Of a DNA stretch of 64,000 nucleotides, positions 63,809-64,000 are shown piece after piece. Position numbers and translations under genes: made by a program. Position 1 is the first letter of the stretch. Each line of letters starts with the position of its first letter. The DNA lies in NCBI RefSeq assembly GCF_046119375.1, contig NW_027362767.1:241056001-241120000 (forward strand), given 5' to 3'. The notes under the pieces are model-generated. The model was not told where the DNA came from. It saw only the letters and a program-made list of their open reading frames with translations, and searched no databases. The DNA comes from Phyllobates terribilis. Its lineage: Eukaryota.

Positions 63809-64000
63809 ATGAGTGGGCCGCCCCAGGGCTCTTCTCTGGCCTCTGCTGTCCATGCAGCCGCAGTCACCGGGGACAAGGCCACTCTCCTGCGCCTGATTGG
63901 CTGCAGCCCAGATCTGACTGACCAGGAGGACCAACTTGGGAGGACTCCCCTGATGTACAGCGTCCTGGGTGACCGCAGGGCCTGTGCCGAAGCCCTCATC
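63809..64000 (+). CDS. invs: Inversin (ankyrin-repeat ciliary protein), 5' part; runs off the right edge
   Basis: MSGPPQGSSLASAVHAAAVTGDKATLLRLIGCSPDLTDQEDQLGRTPLMYSVLGDRRACAEALI closely matches the inversin N-terminus as I recall it (GSSLAS.VHAAAV.GDK...ED..GRTPLMY.VL.DR..CA.AL). Not in the ORF track because it has no stop inside the window. Confidence 0.88.
   Translation, partial: MSGPPQGSSLASAVHAAAVTGDKATLLRLIGCSPDLTDQEDQLGRTPLMYSVLGDRRACAEALI

Overview
Vertebrate genomic DNA, almost certainly a frog. The evidence is GT-AG multi-exon genes, T2/Kolobok-type MITEs, L2/SINE repeats and a 35-37 bp satellite of the kind I associate with hyloid frogs. Left 20 kb: an apparently intact chromodomain Ty3/Gypsy (sushi-like) element (2771-9342, minus strand, two ~1.19 kb LTRs, CACTC target duplication) is nested in the protease of an older, disabled Gypsy element. 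That older element abuts a 7.2 kb satellite whose polarity flips at ~17089. Right 38 kb: a compact chain of four genes, each with a hand-built splice model whose phases all close: G6PD (-, 13 coding exons), IKBKG/NEMO (+, 14 coding exons), multi-exon selenoprotein SEPHS2 (-, 8 exons, in-frame UGA, SECIS) and the start of an inversin-like gene (+) that the ORF track missed. Arrangement is head-to-head, tail-to-tail, head-to-head. Most notable: (1) a Tf1-type tRNA-independent self-priming signature with identical geometry in both unrelated retroelements; (2) a PEG10-like GGGAAAC frameshift site with a predicted pseudoknot; (3) a complete predicted Sec-recoding set (UGA, downstream hairpin, SECIS); (4) a 141-aa five-exon insert in NEMO at the position where optineurin has its insert; (5) an upstream G6PD exon adding an MGSRPS myristoylation-like N-terminus; (6) a shared bidirectional poly(A) site; (7) an INVS-SEPHS2 divergent pair with only 224 bp between start codons. 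No database searches or folding computations were run. Comparisons with human and Xenopus proteins are from memory.
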